Of a stretch of DNA of 64,000 nt, positions 38,387 to 49,766 are shown in pieces. The DNA is from Marsupella aquatica (lineage: Eukaryota > Plantae > Marchantiophyta). The notes beneath the pieces are model-generated. The model saw nothing but the letters and a program-made list of their open reading frames with translations, was not told the DNA's origin and made no database searches. The stretch covers positions 16,026,645-16,090,644 of the forward strand of contig OZ316893.1 of assembly GCA_973895155.1 (NCBI GenBank), read 5' to 3'. Each line of letters begins with the position of its first letter. Positions within the stretch are counted from its first letter, which is position 1. Position numbers and translations under genes: made by a program.

Positions 38387-39144
38387 TACCGTTTTCTCCT
38401 TTTTTCTCCACAAAAAGGACTCGAGTCCTTGCCATTTTGCATTAAATGTGCAACATATCCCTCAATGGCCAAGATTGAGGATACGTATATCAAAGGCTAG
38501 ATTGATCATGCTTAGGTGTAGGATAGGCTCTTTGATTGAGTGATGTGGCTCTGGAGGGCCTGGGCTAGGCTCACCCTGGGCTGCTCTGTGTTTTGCTTTT
38601 GGGGCTGGCCCTTGTGTTATGGCTGTAGGCCTTTAGGTTGCTCATGGATGAGGCTCTCGCTATCTTTGACTGGTTGGCTGTGGTGGGGCTCTTTGCAGTG
38701 GCCGTATATGATGTCTGGGCGTGCCCTGATTTAGGGGTGCCCTGCTGGCCTCCTGTGGGAGTTGTCCTTTTGTGTGTGCTGGTGCTGTTTGCTTCCCCCG
38801 CCGTGGGGTTTTCACGGGTTATTTCTATAAAAAACATTTTCCAAGGAAAGGCTAGATTTGAACTGGTGAACTTATTCCATTAAATGAACTTTTTTGGATT
38901 TAGTAGGACCCTAATAAAGCTTGCACTCGTATCCTCATATAGAGTACTTATGATGTGTTTAATGTCCTCAAGGCGAGTAGCTGTCATTTACTTTTCAAAA
39001 AAAGGACTCGGAAGTCTCGGAAACCTACAATAAATGTCCTCGCAATCCCTGCCGGCTAGGACATTTGAAAACAAGGACTCCAAGTCCTTCCAACTTTGGC
39101 GCGATAGTCTCAACACTAGTAAGGACTCGAGGATAAAGGAGTAT
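38387..39144. mobile_element. possible non-autonomous DNA transposon
   Basis: Repeated AAGGACTC(G/C) subterminal motifs at ~38415, 39002, 39073 and 39121; weak inverted ends. Confidence 0.3.
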
Positions 39145-39854
39145 TATTGAGAGTTTTATGCCTGAGCTATCAAATTTTACGAAGTGTTTCATGGTGGACA
39201 CCAAGCAGCTTGAGGTCCATAGCCAAAATCAGTAGTGTTCAAGTGTTGGGGCAAGAAGAGAGAGCGACAAGAAATCACAAACGAGTAGGTATTTTGCTGC
39301 GCATTGCAAGATTGTCCATGTTGGCCCGGCCCATTCAAACCATTGAGATAATTACAGCCCGAGAGCTCTCGTCGCAGCAGAGTTTATTGGCAACAAAGGG
39401 AAGCTAGTGGAGGACGGCCAACTTACTTCCAGAAGCAATTTTGTTGTTTTTTTCGCAGCCGAGCACTCCGACGGGTCGCTGACATAGGTTTGGTTTGCAC
39501 ATGATCAAACTCTCAAAAATGATGGCTAGCATTCTTTCGATTCCTTTGCTGACTTTCCGATAGACCGTTGTATGTACCCCTATCTGTTCGCGTGCTATTA
39601 ACACGGGATTATCTGTCAGCTGCATTGGTTGGAGTAATGCAACCTTCTGATTCCGTTGTGTAATGCATGTAGGCCGAGCGGGTGGTTTGTTTGAAGCCAG
39701 CGGAGGAAATTTTACCCGAGTCATTGGTGATTGAATCCAACCAACATCCATTTTCAATCCGCAGCAGTCCTGAGGTAATAATGTAGGTGTTGGCCCAATA
39801 TGCTTGCTTATACTTTGAGTTTTCACCACAACTTTCCTCTGTACTAGCGTATTT

Positions 39855-40997
39855 TTGAATGCCGTCATGGATGCCTCAACTGATAATCTAGAAGCTCCTA
39901 GAACTTCTACTCTTGAGCTAGGAGAAATGGAGATAGTTACAGTCCCAGACCCTATTCTCCCTTGTACCAGTAGAGTCTGGTCCACTAGCAAACCAACAAT
40001 GTATGTCTCCCAAGCTACAGACCGTGCTTCTCCCGACTCTCCAGCTCTTGTAGAGAGTATCAAAACTGCAAAGCCAAAGACTAAGGTGGAGCCGCCTCTA
40101 GAGCCATGGGATCCTAAAGATCATGTGAAGGACGCAAAGCATTTCCATGTCACATTTGGTCTTCCAAATGAAGGTGTTAATCCTCATAAGATCAAAGACA
40201 TTTCCAAGGAGCAATTGGCCGAAGTGTTTGGAGAGAAAGACAGGAATGGGTATAAGTTGAGTGTCTGTGTGGGCCTCCCAATTGAGGAGGTTTTGCAGCT
40301 ATCCCAAGTTGTGGATGGTTATGATGCACCAATGAATGGATTCTTGTCTTTCACTTTCATCAAAGGGGCATATGCAGAAAGGATCCAAAGGCGAAAGGTG
40401 GACTGGGGTGTGTATGCGGTGTCAAAGCTGAAGGGGGAAATTGCCCAATGGGAGCGAGATGGCAAGGGTAAGCCAGATGGGCCTCCTTGCGTTAGGAGGT
40501 TGCATCTGTATTTGCCACCAGTGCCTCAGGAATTTAGTGAAGATACTCAGAATCGGGTTAGGAATAAAATTTGTATCAAGTATCAAGCGCCAGGGGACAA
40601 AGCTCATCCGGGGACAGCCGATTCAGGAGCAGATTTTGGTAGCAAGGGAAGCGCACACGAGAGTGCACATCCCAAACCATTGGAGGCTGCCCTTTTTGCC
40701 CCCGCAACAACGCTTCTCCCTGCCAAGCCTATTTCTCCTGTTGTTCCTATAGTGCCAAGAAGTCTTTTGCTTGCTATTATGGATGGGCAAATAGTCACGA
40801 TCAAATGCAGTCTTAGAGACACCCATGAGAGCATCAGTAAGGTTCAGAAGACTGTGCAAGACTTGGAGGCAGCAACCAAGGATCATCCAAGACTCAACTC
40901 TGGTATGGTGGACCAACTTCAGAAACTACAGCAAGAATTGCAAGATGTGAGAATTATAATTGAGTTAAATAGCGTTCCGAGATCGAACATTTCATAA
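39855..40997 (+). CDS. TE-associated accessory protein (related domain + coiled coil), open 380 codons
   Basis: FHVTFGLPNEG..DRNGYKLSVC..KVDWGVYA parallels AYAFGCPSKG..SKNGWNLSQC..KVNWALL of the LTR-encoded proteins. Confidence 0.55.
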   Translation: MNAVMDASTDNLEAPRTSTLELGEMEIVTVPDPILPCTSRVWSTSKPTMYVSQATDRASPDSPALVESIKTAKPKTKVEPPLEPWDPKDHVKDAKHFHVTFGLPNEGVNPHKIKDISKEQLAEVFGEKDRNGYKLSVCVGLPIEEVLQLSQVVDGYDAPMNGFLSFTFIKGAYAERIQRRKVDWGVYAVSKLKGEIAQWERDGKGKPDGPPCVRRLHLYLPPVPQEFSEDTQNRVRNKICIKYQAPGDKAHPGTADSGADFGSKGSAHESAHPKPLEAALFAPATTLLPAKPISPVVPIVPRSLLLAIMDGQIVTIKCSLRDTHESISKVQKTVQDLEAATKDHPRLNSGMVDQLQKLQQELQDVRIIIELNSVPRSNIS

Positions 40998-43900
40998 CCC
41001 CCTTCATTAAATATCCTCCGAGAGTGCAGCTGGTACAAATTATAGACTCTTCACAGCGCCCGGTGCTAGCAATAATCGTGGAGAGTTCCTACCGCTACGA
41101 GTTTCTTATATTTACTCCTGTTTGGTTTTTTGGTGTCTTTTAAAAAAACCTCGCCTTCGGTGCTATTTTTACCAACACCGGGTGCTACCAGAAAAAAATT
41201 TCAAAAGTAACTTTGCAAAAAAACATGGAAGAAAGAGTCATCAATTTTCCTGTTACCAACCTTTTTCCCTGTTACCAGTTTCTGTTATGAATGTCTGTTT
41301 CCTATTTTCCTGCCTTTTGTAAACACCTCGGAGAACCAAGAGCAGAACCTTCTTATTAACCTTCCTTCTCCTTGAGCACGTCCGCCAATTGCAGTTGGGT
41401 CTAGGAGATTTTACTCTTGATTAGTTGGTTATCAACTTTGGTTGTACCTAGCTGCCCTTGCATGATGCTAAGCTCATGCTTTCTGACTAGCAGCTGAACT
41501 TGAGCTTGCTTGGCTGCCCTCATGTCTCCTTTCTCGGCTGCCTTCCTTCTAAGCCGCCGGATGACTTCCTCTTTCTTCATCCTCTCCAAAGCCACCGCTC
41601 CCTCCAAACGGCTTTTATCTGATACCTCATTTTGGATAAATGGCCCCATCTCCAACTCTGCCCCAAAGATGCCCAAAGCTAGCAACCCACACATCTGCCC
41701 GTACTCCATGGCTTGGCCACATGCATACGTGGAGCATCCAGGAGAAACCGGCACCTGCCATCGCGGCCTTTGTTCCCATGCCACCTTGCATACATTGTCA
41801 AAATTTGGCATCAACTTGGCTTGTCTCTTAGTAAGCCATTGGATCTCATCTAGCCATTCTCCTCCCAACAAGTCCTTTTCCTGAGTCTGTGTTGCTTTGG
41901 CAAAATCCCTAAGCCACTCCTGCAGCTTGTGTGCGGCCCCCTTCATTTGATCAAATTTTGGAGGAGGTATCTTTGCTGAGGGAGACTCAGGGCTTACTTG
42001 ATGTTTTGGGTCCCCATGGACTACTCTCGGAAGTGTGGGGATGAACCGGCCAAAACTATTGAACCCTTGTACAGGCCGCTCGTCTACGTAGGTGAAGTCC
42101 TTGTCCTCGTAGTCCTTCACTCATACCCTCCCAGCTTGGAGTTTGGGTTCACCTCCTTCTTTCCCTTGACTGCCCATAAAGGCGGCCTCCTGTTGGAATC
42201 AGCGTACGGGTGCCAACTTTGGCTTTTGCTCCCATATTCACTTCTCCCTCTCTTTGCTTTGGCTTGGGATCTTGGCGCCTTGTTCCTCAAATTCTGACTT
42301 TGAGCCTCCGACGTACCATACCATTGCAATCCTTGTTCTATCACTAGCCTTCTCCTCTCAATGACTATGGCAAACGGATTTGCCCTTGTTGATCTTCTGG
42401 GGCCCGCCTCCAAAATGGTGCTCTGCGTAGGCATATGTACTGCAGCTGTCGGCTTCTCCTTCTACAACATCTATACAAGGTCCTGCACGGCCGGTTGCTT
42501 TCTTGGCATGGCTGCCGGCCTTTGCATGAGCAACTGATCGATAGTAGGGTTGCCAACCGGCTTGGTTTCCCTTGCTTCCGGCTTCTCTTTCAACTCCCCT
42601 TCAGGTGCTCTTGTCTGTAAGGGAAATATCGGCACAAAAGTCTGACATTGGGCATACTGGTACAACAACGGCATGTGATAAGCAAGTCAGGACACGCTCC
42701 ACTGGCCTATCACTTGTTATTCCTCCTTCAAGATCTTCTTCAATTGGGTGAGGAGAAACCCATTGTAGTCCTGGCTTGGGTCTGGTCTCTCGGCAAGGTA
42801 GACTTGCACCTTGCTGATCTCCAACCTTGCCAAATTGCAATGCAAGGTCACCCGCAAGAAGTCAATGATTTCCCCTATATACGGGTTGGTGCAAAAGTTA
42901 TTCTTCATTGTTGGCCCTAAGGACGATCTGAACTCCTTGTTTGACAGGTCCTTCCGGGAGTCCACCTTGGTCTTATTGCCTATTGGCAAAGCCAAATACT
43001 TCTACGATCACTTTGGGAATGAGATAGAATACCTTCTTGTACACCTTGGTTGCATTTGAATTGTGATCCCACGATCCCACAAATTCCAGCAAGTCTGAAT
43101 CCAACACCTCCTACTTCAGCCAAGGTAACCTAACAAAGGTCTCCAAGCTGGATCCGACCATGAAGCCTTGGTATTTTAGGGACTACTTGGCTATAAAACA
43201 TGCATCCTTGTCTCGTGCAAAATATAACTACACTCGGGACTGCACTTCCTTTGGCAAAACCTCCGCCCAACCCCTCCATGTGTCATCCTTTGTGGGGATG
43301 GCACTAGTTGTCTAGGTCGACCAGTCCTCTGGTTCTCCAGCCTCCTCTAGCCTTGTTCTCCCCTATTCGGCAATCTTTTTGGGTGTCACCAACCTAGTTC
43401 TTTTTGCCAAGGTGGCTTCAATTCTTTGATGATTGCTTCCTCTTCATGGTGGCCGCTCTTGACAACCCCCTCAACATAGTTGCTTTTGTCCATGCCGCCG
43501 TGCTCCCCTTCAGGTCCCAATGTTTGTCATTGCAAAAATTGATGGCCTCACATGCCAATGATTTTGTCTTGACAAAATAGTAGCTCGTTGAGTTGATTGG
43601 CAGAGGGTGTCCACAAGAACTTGTCCTTGACGAGTTCCACTCCGATGAAAGCAGACCACTACAGCTCTCACAGCCTAGCAAGCTCCTATCTCTCTTGAGC
43701 TGCTCTCTCTGACTCCTCATCCTTGTAGGTTCCAATGAACTCAGTTGCCCGTTTGAACAAGCAGCCCCCAAAATGTGCAGCTTGGTTGATGTTGCTCATC
43801 CTTGCTTAGTGTTGATACTCCGTGTCTGCTTCCGCCCAAAGTGCTTGTCTAAGTTGCTAACAGTTTGCTGGCTTCTCTTGTTCCTTTGTTGATTGGTGAT

Positions 43901-44360
43901 TGCGAATGAGCTGCCAATCCCGGTGTCTGAACAATCTTACCCCCACCGCACTACTTCTGCTTGAAATGCCCATTGATCGCTTATTGCCGATTGTGCTTAG
44001 CATGCAATAACCCTAATTGTACCTCTTTGTTGCCGTTACACCATCACTTCTAGCCTCGGCTCGGGTTCCATGGTTACACTTAAGTGTTTAAGTTTTTCCC
44101 TTTCCTTCCATGGACTAATGCAAATTAGTGTATACCACCCATATTTAGCCCTTAAATGCACTAGTGATTCATGGCTAGGCATCACAAAGCCAAAGCCTAG
44201 CCCTTAAGTATGCCTTAGGTAACAGCATCCCCGCCCAATGAGTCACCACCAGGCGGGTTAGAACTCAACAGTCAGCCTCTTGGTTGCCCAAAGGCAAACC
44301 ATCAACCTTTCACATTCAATCTATTTTTGCCTTCCAATGCTTTAGCTTTTGCATGTTCAT

Positions 44361-44628
44361 AACTGATCAAAAATGGAGCACCAATTGACACCCCATAAAC
44401 AAGCTCAGTGCCAAAAGGATTTGGCACTACAATGTTTGTAACTGACCGGAAATAGAGCACCAAGAGACACCCCAAAGACAAATGCAGTGATAAAATGATT
44501 TGGCACTATGATGTCCGTAACTGTTCAGGAATGGAGCACCAATCGACACCCCAATTAAGAAAAGCTTAGTGCCAAAAACATTTGGCACTATGATGTTTGT
44601 AACTAACCAGAAATGGAGCACCAAGCAA
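44361..44628. repeat. ~80-bp tandem repeat (3.4 units) with internal hairpin
   Basis: Units start at 44361, 44440, 44519 and 44601; AGTGCCAAA..TTTGGCACT inverted repeat inside units. Confidence 0.85.
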
Positions 44629-44819
44629 ACCTTGGAGTATAGAATCATCCCCATTCACTCATATCTTGACCTTAAATTTGTTTCACTCAACCACTATCAT
44701 AACTAGTACCTTGCCTCAAGAATCAATGTGAGTGCAACATGCACAAGCGCAACATCCAACAAATATACAAGGAGTAAACATAGGAGACATGTGGTTCACC
44801 TCACCAAAGGCTACGGATG

Positions 44820-46604
44820 AGTTGTAGAACTCGACTACCTTAACACTTAGCTCCGGCATCGCCGACTTCAACGCCGAGCTCCCTTATGGTCCACGACCGG
44901 ATAGGCCATGCGGGGAGGACTTAGCATGGGGAGACTTGTGGGCAATGAGACGTGGCACTAGCAAAGGCAAGGAGCCAAGCTGGTGACACACACTAAAGAC
45001 TTAGGTGAGTTGAGAGCTGCTCGGGTCAAGGGGAAAGGGGCCGGACTCAAAGTCAACCATCCGGGCCCCTAGACGGCCTTTGAGTTTTGAGGGCTTGAGT
45101 GTGAGCTCCTCCTGGGCCCAAGGCCAATGGAGTTGATGCCATGGGCAACGGACGCTTGGGGCGTGAGTTATGGCCCGATCCGGGTTTGGCCGATCGGGGA
45201 CCCCAAGCGGCAATGAGACCTGAGGGCCTAGGCATGAGCACTAGGTTGGCCCGATCACAACGGGCTAAGGCACTCCGCTTGCGGACGCCTAACGAGAAAC
45301 TTATGGGCGTTACCAGTTAGTGGCGCGCCCAATATGCGCGATAGGATCCGGGTTGGAGGCCAAATGTTTAGGGACCAAAGTTGGGCTGGGGGTGGCAGGT
45401 CTCCAGAAGCATATATGAGGGGAGTGGTGTCTCCTTGGTGGCCAAGGGTGAGCCAAAGTCGTGAGCCACGGCGGTTGCGACCCGGGGTCCTCACTTCTTT
45501 TCTTCCTACCCATCACGCGCGAATAAGTATAGGGTTTTTTAATTGGGTTTAGTGAAATACTTTTAAATTTTTGTTGAAGAACATTAGGGTTATTTTAATC
45601 CAATTTTGAGAATTCTAAAAATCATAGGGTTTTTTAAAATCAAATTTGGGAATATTCTTAGAATATTCCATTAAATTAGGGGTAAAACAATTCCTAAAAA
45701 AAACTTTATTGACTTAACTTTTAGGGTGTTTATTCCCCCAAAACTTCGCGCGTGATATGGAACACCCCTTGGATTGAGGCCCCCGAGGGTTGCGACACTA
45801 AGGGAAAGCACCAAACAGAAACGACGGGAAGTCCGTTGGAGGACTTCTTGGGTGCATTGGAAAGCTCTCAAGGAGGGCTATGTCCTCCCGAGCTCAACTT
45901 GGTCTGGGGGCACCATGGGTTCTCAAGGTTTGTGGGTGTTAGCTGGCCCGCTTGCCAAATCCTATCGAACAACAGCCAAGCCGTGTTCAGTCTCCCAAGG
46001 GAGCTTGCGTTAGGGAGGCAAGGCCAAGTAAGCGTGGAGGTTGAGTTCCAAGGGTGCTCGGCCCCTAGACCATCAATGGGGCAAACCGGGAGTTGGTTGC
46101 TAGAGTTGGGGTCATTTTGGTCCCGACGTGTTGGGACAAGCTTTAGGACAAGCTACGCTAGTTGGGCCATGAGCATGTCCTAGGGTTAGGGCGGTCAGTT
46201 GGTGATGGATAGGTACGAGTGGGAACCCAGGCCGTGCCCAAGGAAGGAGTTGTTCTGGACAAACAATGGGCGTGGGTTCTCGTTCCGGCTTATGGCATCG
46301 GGAGGACCTATCACTGACCTATTTACTAACGTCTGTTGAGCTTGAGTTAGGATGCTAGACTTGGCGAGTCTAGATCCTGAAAGGTTACTTACCGAGGTGC
46401 TTGGTTGCTTGTGCAGATAATGAGGACTGTTGAGTAGCGGTCGTTTTGGAGAGCAAGTACGGCTTCATACGGGAGGGGCCGCTAGCGGTGCAAGGGGCAC
46501 TAGGTTGCTTGCTCAAGGTATTCCGTGGAGGCGTTCGGGCACCAGGGGCACTTAGGCGTGAGTGCTGGGATTGGTGAGGGCGCTGGGTGACAAGGTCCAC
46601 CACT
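44820..46604 (+). mobile_element. solo LTR of the Gypsy family at 48106; AGT...ACT termini
   Basis: Colinear with 48106-49533; perfect TSD GGATG (44815-44819, 46605-46609). Confidence 0.92.
45481..45787 (+). mobile_element. MITE copy 2 (inside solo LTR)
   Basis: Absent from the homologous LTRs; TIR CCCGGGGTCCTCA / TGAGGCCCCCGAG; TSD GGTTGCGA. Confidence 0.88.
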
Positions 46605-46640
46605 GGATGTCCACAAGAACACATTAACAGTAGAGCTTAA

Positions 46641-46935
46641 CTCGAGGTTTCACTTCCACAAAAATGGCACATCATGTGCGATGAAGTATAGGGTCATTTT
46701 ATTGGTTCAAAGGGAAGACTTAAGAATTTATTGAGAAGAACAATAGGGTTTTTGAAATCTAATTTTGAGACTTATAAGAACATTAGGGTCCTTATAACCA
46801 AATTTTGGAATATTCCAAGAATATTCCAACTTTATAGGGGTTGAAAGATAATTGTTTTCTACATTTTAGGGGGTCCGAGGCCTACAAATGTCGCAGGTGA
46901 TGGGGAGGCATCCATATAGTGAGACCCCCCCCAAG
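46641..46935 (+). mobile_element. MITE copy 3
   Basis: CTCGAGGTTTCACT...AGTGAGACCCCCCCCAAG; TSD GAGCTTAA. Confidence 0.88.
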
Positions 46936-47026
46936 GAGCTTAATTTATAGAACTCTAAACCCATTGCCCATATCTATCAAATCTCCATGAACTAATCTTT
47001 CTCTATTTTTCAATTGGCTCCGTAAC

Positions 47027-48100
47027 TATGACGCCGCCAACACGATGGGTAATTAGTAATATGGCTTAATCCGTATAAGGTACGCCTTATGTAGACATAG
47101 AAGTATGTAGTTATTAGGATAATGACACTAGATTTATTAGTTAGTCATGATGATTAGACTAGGCATAGGAGAAGTTATTTAAGGTTCACACTCAAGCTGG
47201 CAACGTGGCACCTGACCTGCCACATGATTGGGAGTGTGTTATGGCTGTTAGTCTTGGGTCCTTATAATTACCCCATAATCAAATCCTTGGCACGCTCGGA
47301 CTCGGACCGGAGGAGTAAGGATGGAGGAAAGGATGAAGCTTTAACTGTGAACGGTTGAGTCAATCATCGTGCGAGGAGGGCCAAACGTTTGGGATGTGCT
47401 TGGGAGTATAACAGGGCAAACTCTCCTTCTCATTCCCTCACCATTTTGTTTCTCCTTGGGGGTTTCACTTTCACAAAAATGGCATATCACGTGCGACAAA
47501 GTATAGGGTCATTTTATTGGTTCTAAGGGAAGACTTAACAATTTTTGCACAAAAACAATAGGGTCTTTTAAATTCAATTTCGAGACTTACAAGAATATTA
47601 GGGCCTTTTTAATCCAACTTTACAGGGGTTGCAAAAATATTTTTTTCTTACATTTTAGGTGGTCCAAGGCCTAAAAACGTCGTAGGTGATGGGGAGGTCC
47701 CCATATAGTGAGACCCCCAAGTGTTTCTCACGCAAGCTTTGAGCTCATCACTCCTGACTCCACCAACTCCTTACTCCTTTGATGCACACTTCAAAGTCCA
47801 GCCAACCCTGGATACTTAGCCATCTGTTTGTCTTGATTATGTCCAGTTTTGATGCTTGTCTTTGGAACCAATTCCTCTTAACAGGTTGCCATCTCGCGGC
47901 TTCACTCATTGCACACAACCCGGGCATGTCCAAAGTCAAGAAATGTTATGGACGGTTTATCCGCATGTGCGACCACCATCATTGGAACAACAATCTTGGC
48001 CTCCCATTTGAGAGCAAATATTGTAGGGCCAACAAACTCACCAAATTCTTCTTCAAAGGAATTAAATACATCGGCTTTGGAGAAGCCATCCTTCGACAGG
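47027..48100 (+). mobile_element. 5' part of element related to 26020(-) and 62002(+)
   Basis: Starts TATGACG..CACG..GGGTAAT; shares GTAGTTATTAG, TAGTCATGATG, GTGTTATGGC and GGCTTTGGAGAAGC with the other copies. Confidence 0.55.
47455..47721 (+). mobile_element. MITE copy 4
   Basis: CTTGGGGGTTTCACT...AGTGAGACCCCCAAG; TSD TGTTTCTC. Confidence 0.9.
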
Positions 48101-48105
48101 GTATG

Positions 48106-49533
48106 AGTCGCGGAACTCGACTACCTTAACACTTAGCTCCGGCGTGGCTGACTCCGACGCCGAGCTCCCTTATGGTCCAGGCCCGGATAGGCCATCCGGG
48201 GAGGACTTAGCATGGGGAGACTTGTGGGCAATGAGACGTGGCACTAGCGAGGCAAGGAGCCAAGTTGGGGACACACACTAGGACTTGGACTAGCTGATAG
48301 CAGGTCGGGTCAAAGGGAAACGGGTCAGGCTCGAGGATGGCGGTCCGGACCTCCAGATGGACTTTGAGTTCTGAGGGCTTGAGTGTGAGCTCCTCTTGGG
48401 CCCAAGGCCAATGGAGTTGACGCCATGGGCAACGGATGCTTGGGGCGCAAGGTAGGGCCCGATCCGGGGCTCCAAGTGGCGATGAAACCTGAGAGCCTAG
48501 GCATGAGCACTGGGTCGGCCCGATCGCAACGGGTTAAGGCACTCCGCTTGCAGATGCCTAACGAGAAAGTTATGGGCGTTGCCAGTTGGTGGCGCGCCCA
48601 TTATGCGCGATAGGATCCGGGTTGGGGGCCAAATGTTTAGAGACCAAAGCCATGGGGTGGCAGGTCTCCAGAAGCATATATGAGGGGAGTGGTGTCTCCC
48701 TGGGGGCTAAGGGCGAGCTGAAGTCGTGAGCCGCGATGGTCGCGACTCTAAGGGAACCGCCAAACGGAAATGGTGATATCTTCCCAATGAGAAGTCTGTT
48801 GGAGAACTTCTTGGGTGAATTGGAAAGCTCTTGAAGAGGGCTACGCCCTCATGAGCCCAGATGGGTCTGGGGGTACCTTAGGGTCTTGGGGTTTGCGGGT
48901 GTTAACCTGCCCGCTTGCCAAATCCTGCCGAACAGCAGCCCAACCACGTTCAGTCTCCCAAGGGAGCTTGCGTTGGGGAGGCAAGGCCAAGTAGGTGTGG
49001 AGGTTGAGTCCCAAGAGTGTTTGGCCCCTAGACCATCTGTGAGGTGACCCGGGAGTGGATTCTAGGGTTGGGGCCATTTTGGTCCCGACGTGTTGGGACA
49101 AGCTTTAGGACAAGTTACGCTATTTGGGCCATGAGCATGTCCTGAGGTCAGGGTGGTCAGTTGGTGATGGATAGGTACGAGGGGGAACCTGGGCCGCGCC
49201 CAAGGAAGGAGCTGTTCTGGACGAACAGTGGGCGTGGGTTTGCTGACCTATTTACCAATGCCTGTTGAGTTTGAGTAGGATGCTAGACTTGGCGAGTTCT
49301 AGATCCTGATGGGTTACTTACCGAGGCGCTTGGTTGCTTGTGCAGATAGGGAGGACCATTGAGTAGCGGTCGTGTTAGAGAGCAAGTGCGGCTTCGTATG
49401 GGAGGGGCCGCTGGCGGTGGAAGGGGCACTAGTTTACTTGCTCAAGGTATTCCGTGGAGGCGTTCGGGCACCAGGGGCACTTAGGCGTGAGTGCTGGGAT
49501 TGGTGAGGGCGCTAGATGGCAAGGTCCACCACT
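48106..49533 (+). repeat. Gypsy 5' LTR (1428 bp, AGT...ACT)
   Basis: AGTCGCGGAACTCG...GGTCCACCACT, then TG and the PBS. Confidence 0.9.
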
Positions 49534-49535
49534 TG

Positions 49536-49547
49536 TGGTATCAGAGC
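49536..49547 (+). other. primer-binding site (tRNA-iMet)
   Basis: TGGTATCAGAGC. Confidence 0.92.
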
Positions 49548-49766
49548 GATTGCTGGCATAGACACCGGGCCGGGGTAGTGCTAAGTCGGAATCCAAAAAT
49601 CTTAACGGAATTTTGCAGGGACTTAGTGCTTCAACGTGCCTGACGGGTCGACTGCAGGCAGATTTGGTCGCTAGGAACATGGCTAAAAACACTCGATCAA
49701 AGAGTGGCAAATAGGCTCCCCCACTAAGGGGAGAGCCCAAGTTCAAGATGAACTGAAGGAGGACGG

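Larger units (their letters stand above)
37630..43770 (-). pseudogene. degenerate TE accessory gene (accessory domain + coiled coil), split by a ~3-kb insertion
   Basis: Minus pieces LPIGNKTK..EIIDFLRVTL (42995-42717), TRANPFAIVIE (42434-42117) and 42120-41401. The coiled coil resumes near 38380 (HKELKEAKEEKAALEKELEDAQEE). Confidence 0.5.
44727..47026 (-). mobile_element. diverged Copia-family LTR fragmented by nested insertions
   Basis: After removing the inserts, the pieces 44727-44819, 46610-46640 and 46944-47026 align with LTR 30245-30683 (GTGGTTCACCTC..GGCTAC..TCCAC..GAACTCTAA.CCC..TGGCTCC.TAAC). Confidence 0.65.

Noticed and set aside
39404-40063. 219-aa minus-strand ORF
   Set aside because: Partly antisense to the 39855-40997 ORF, with no recognisable domain.
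44818-46602. Canonical TG...CA boundaries for the solo LTR (TGAGT...CACCA)
   Set aside because: The flanks would be ACGGA/CTGGA (and GGGTA/CTGTA for the full element), i.e. no TSD, whereas AGT...ACT gives perfect TSDs.
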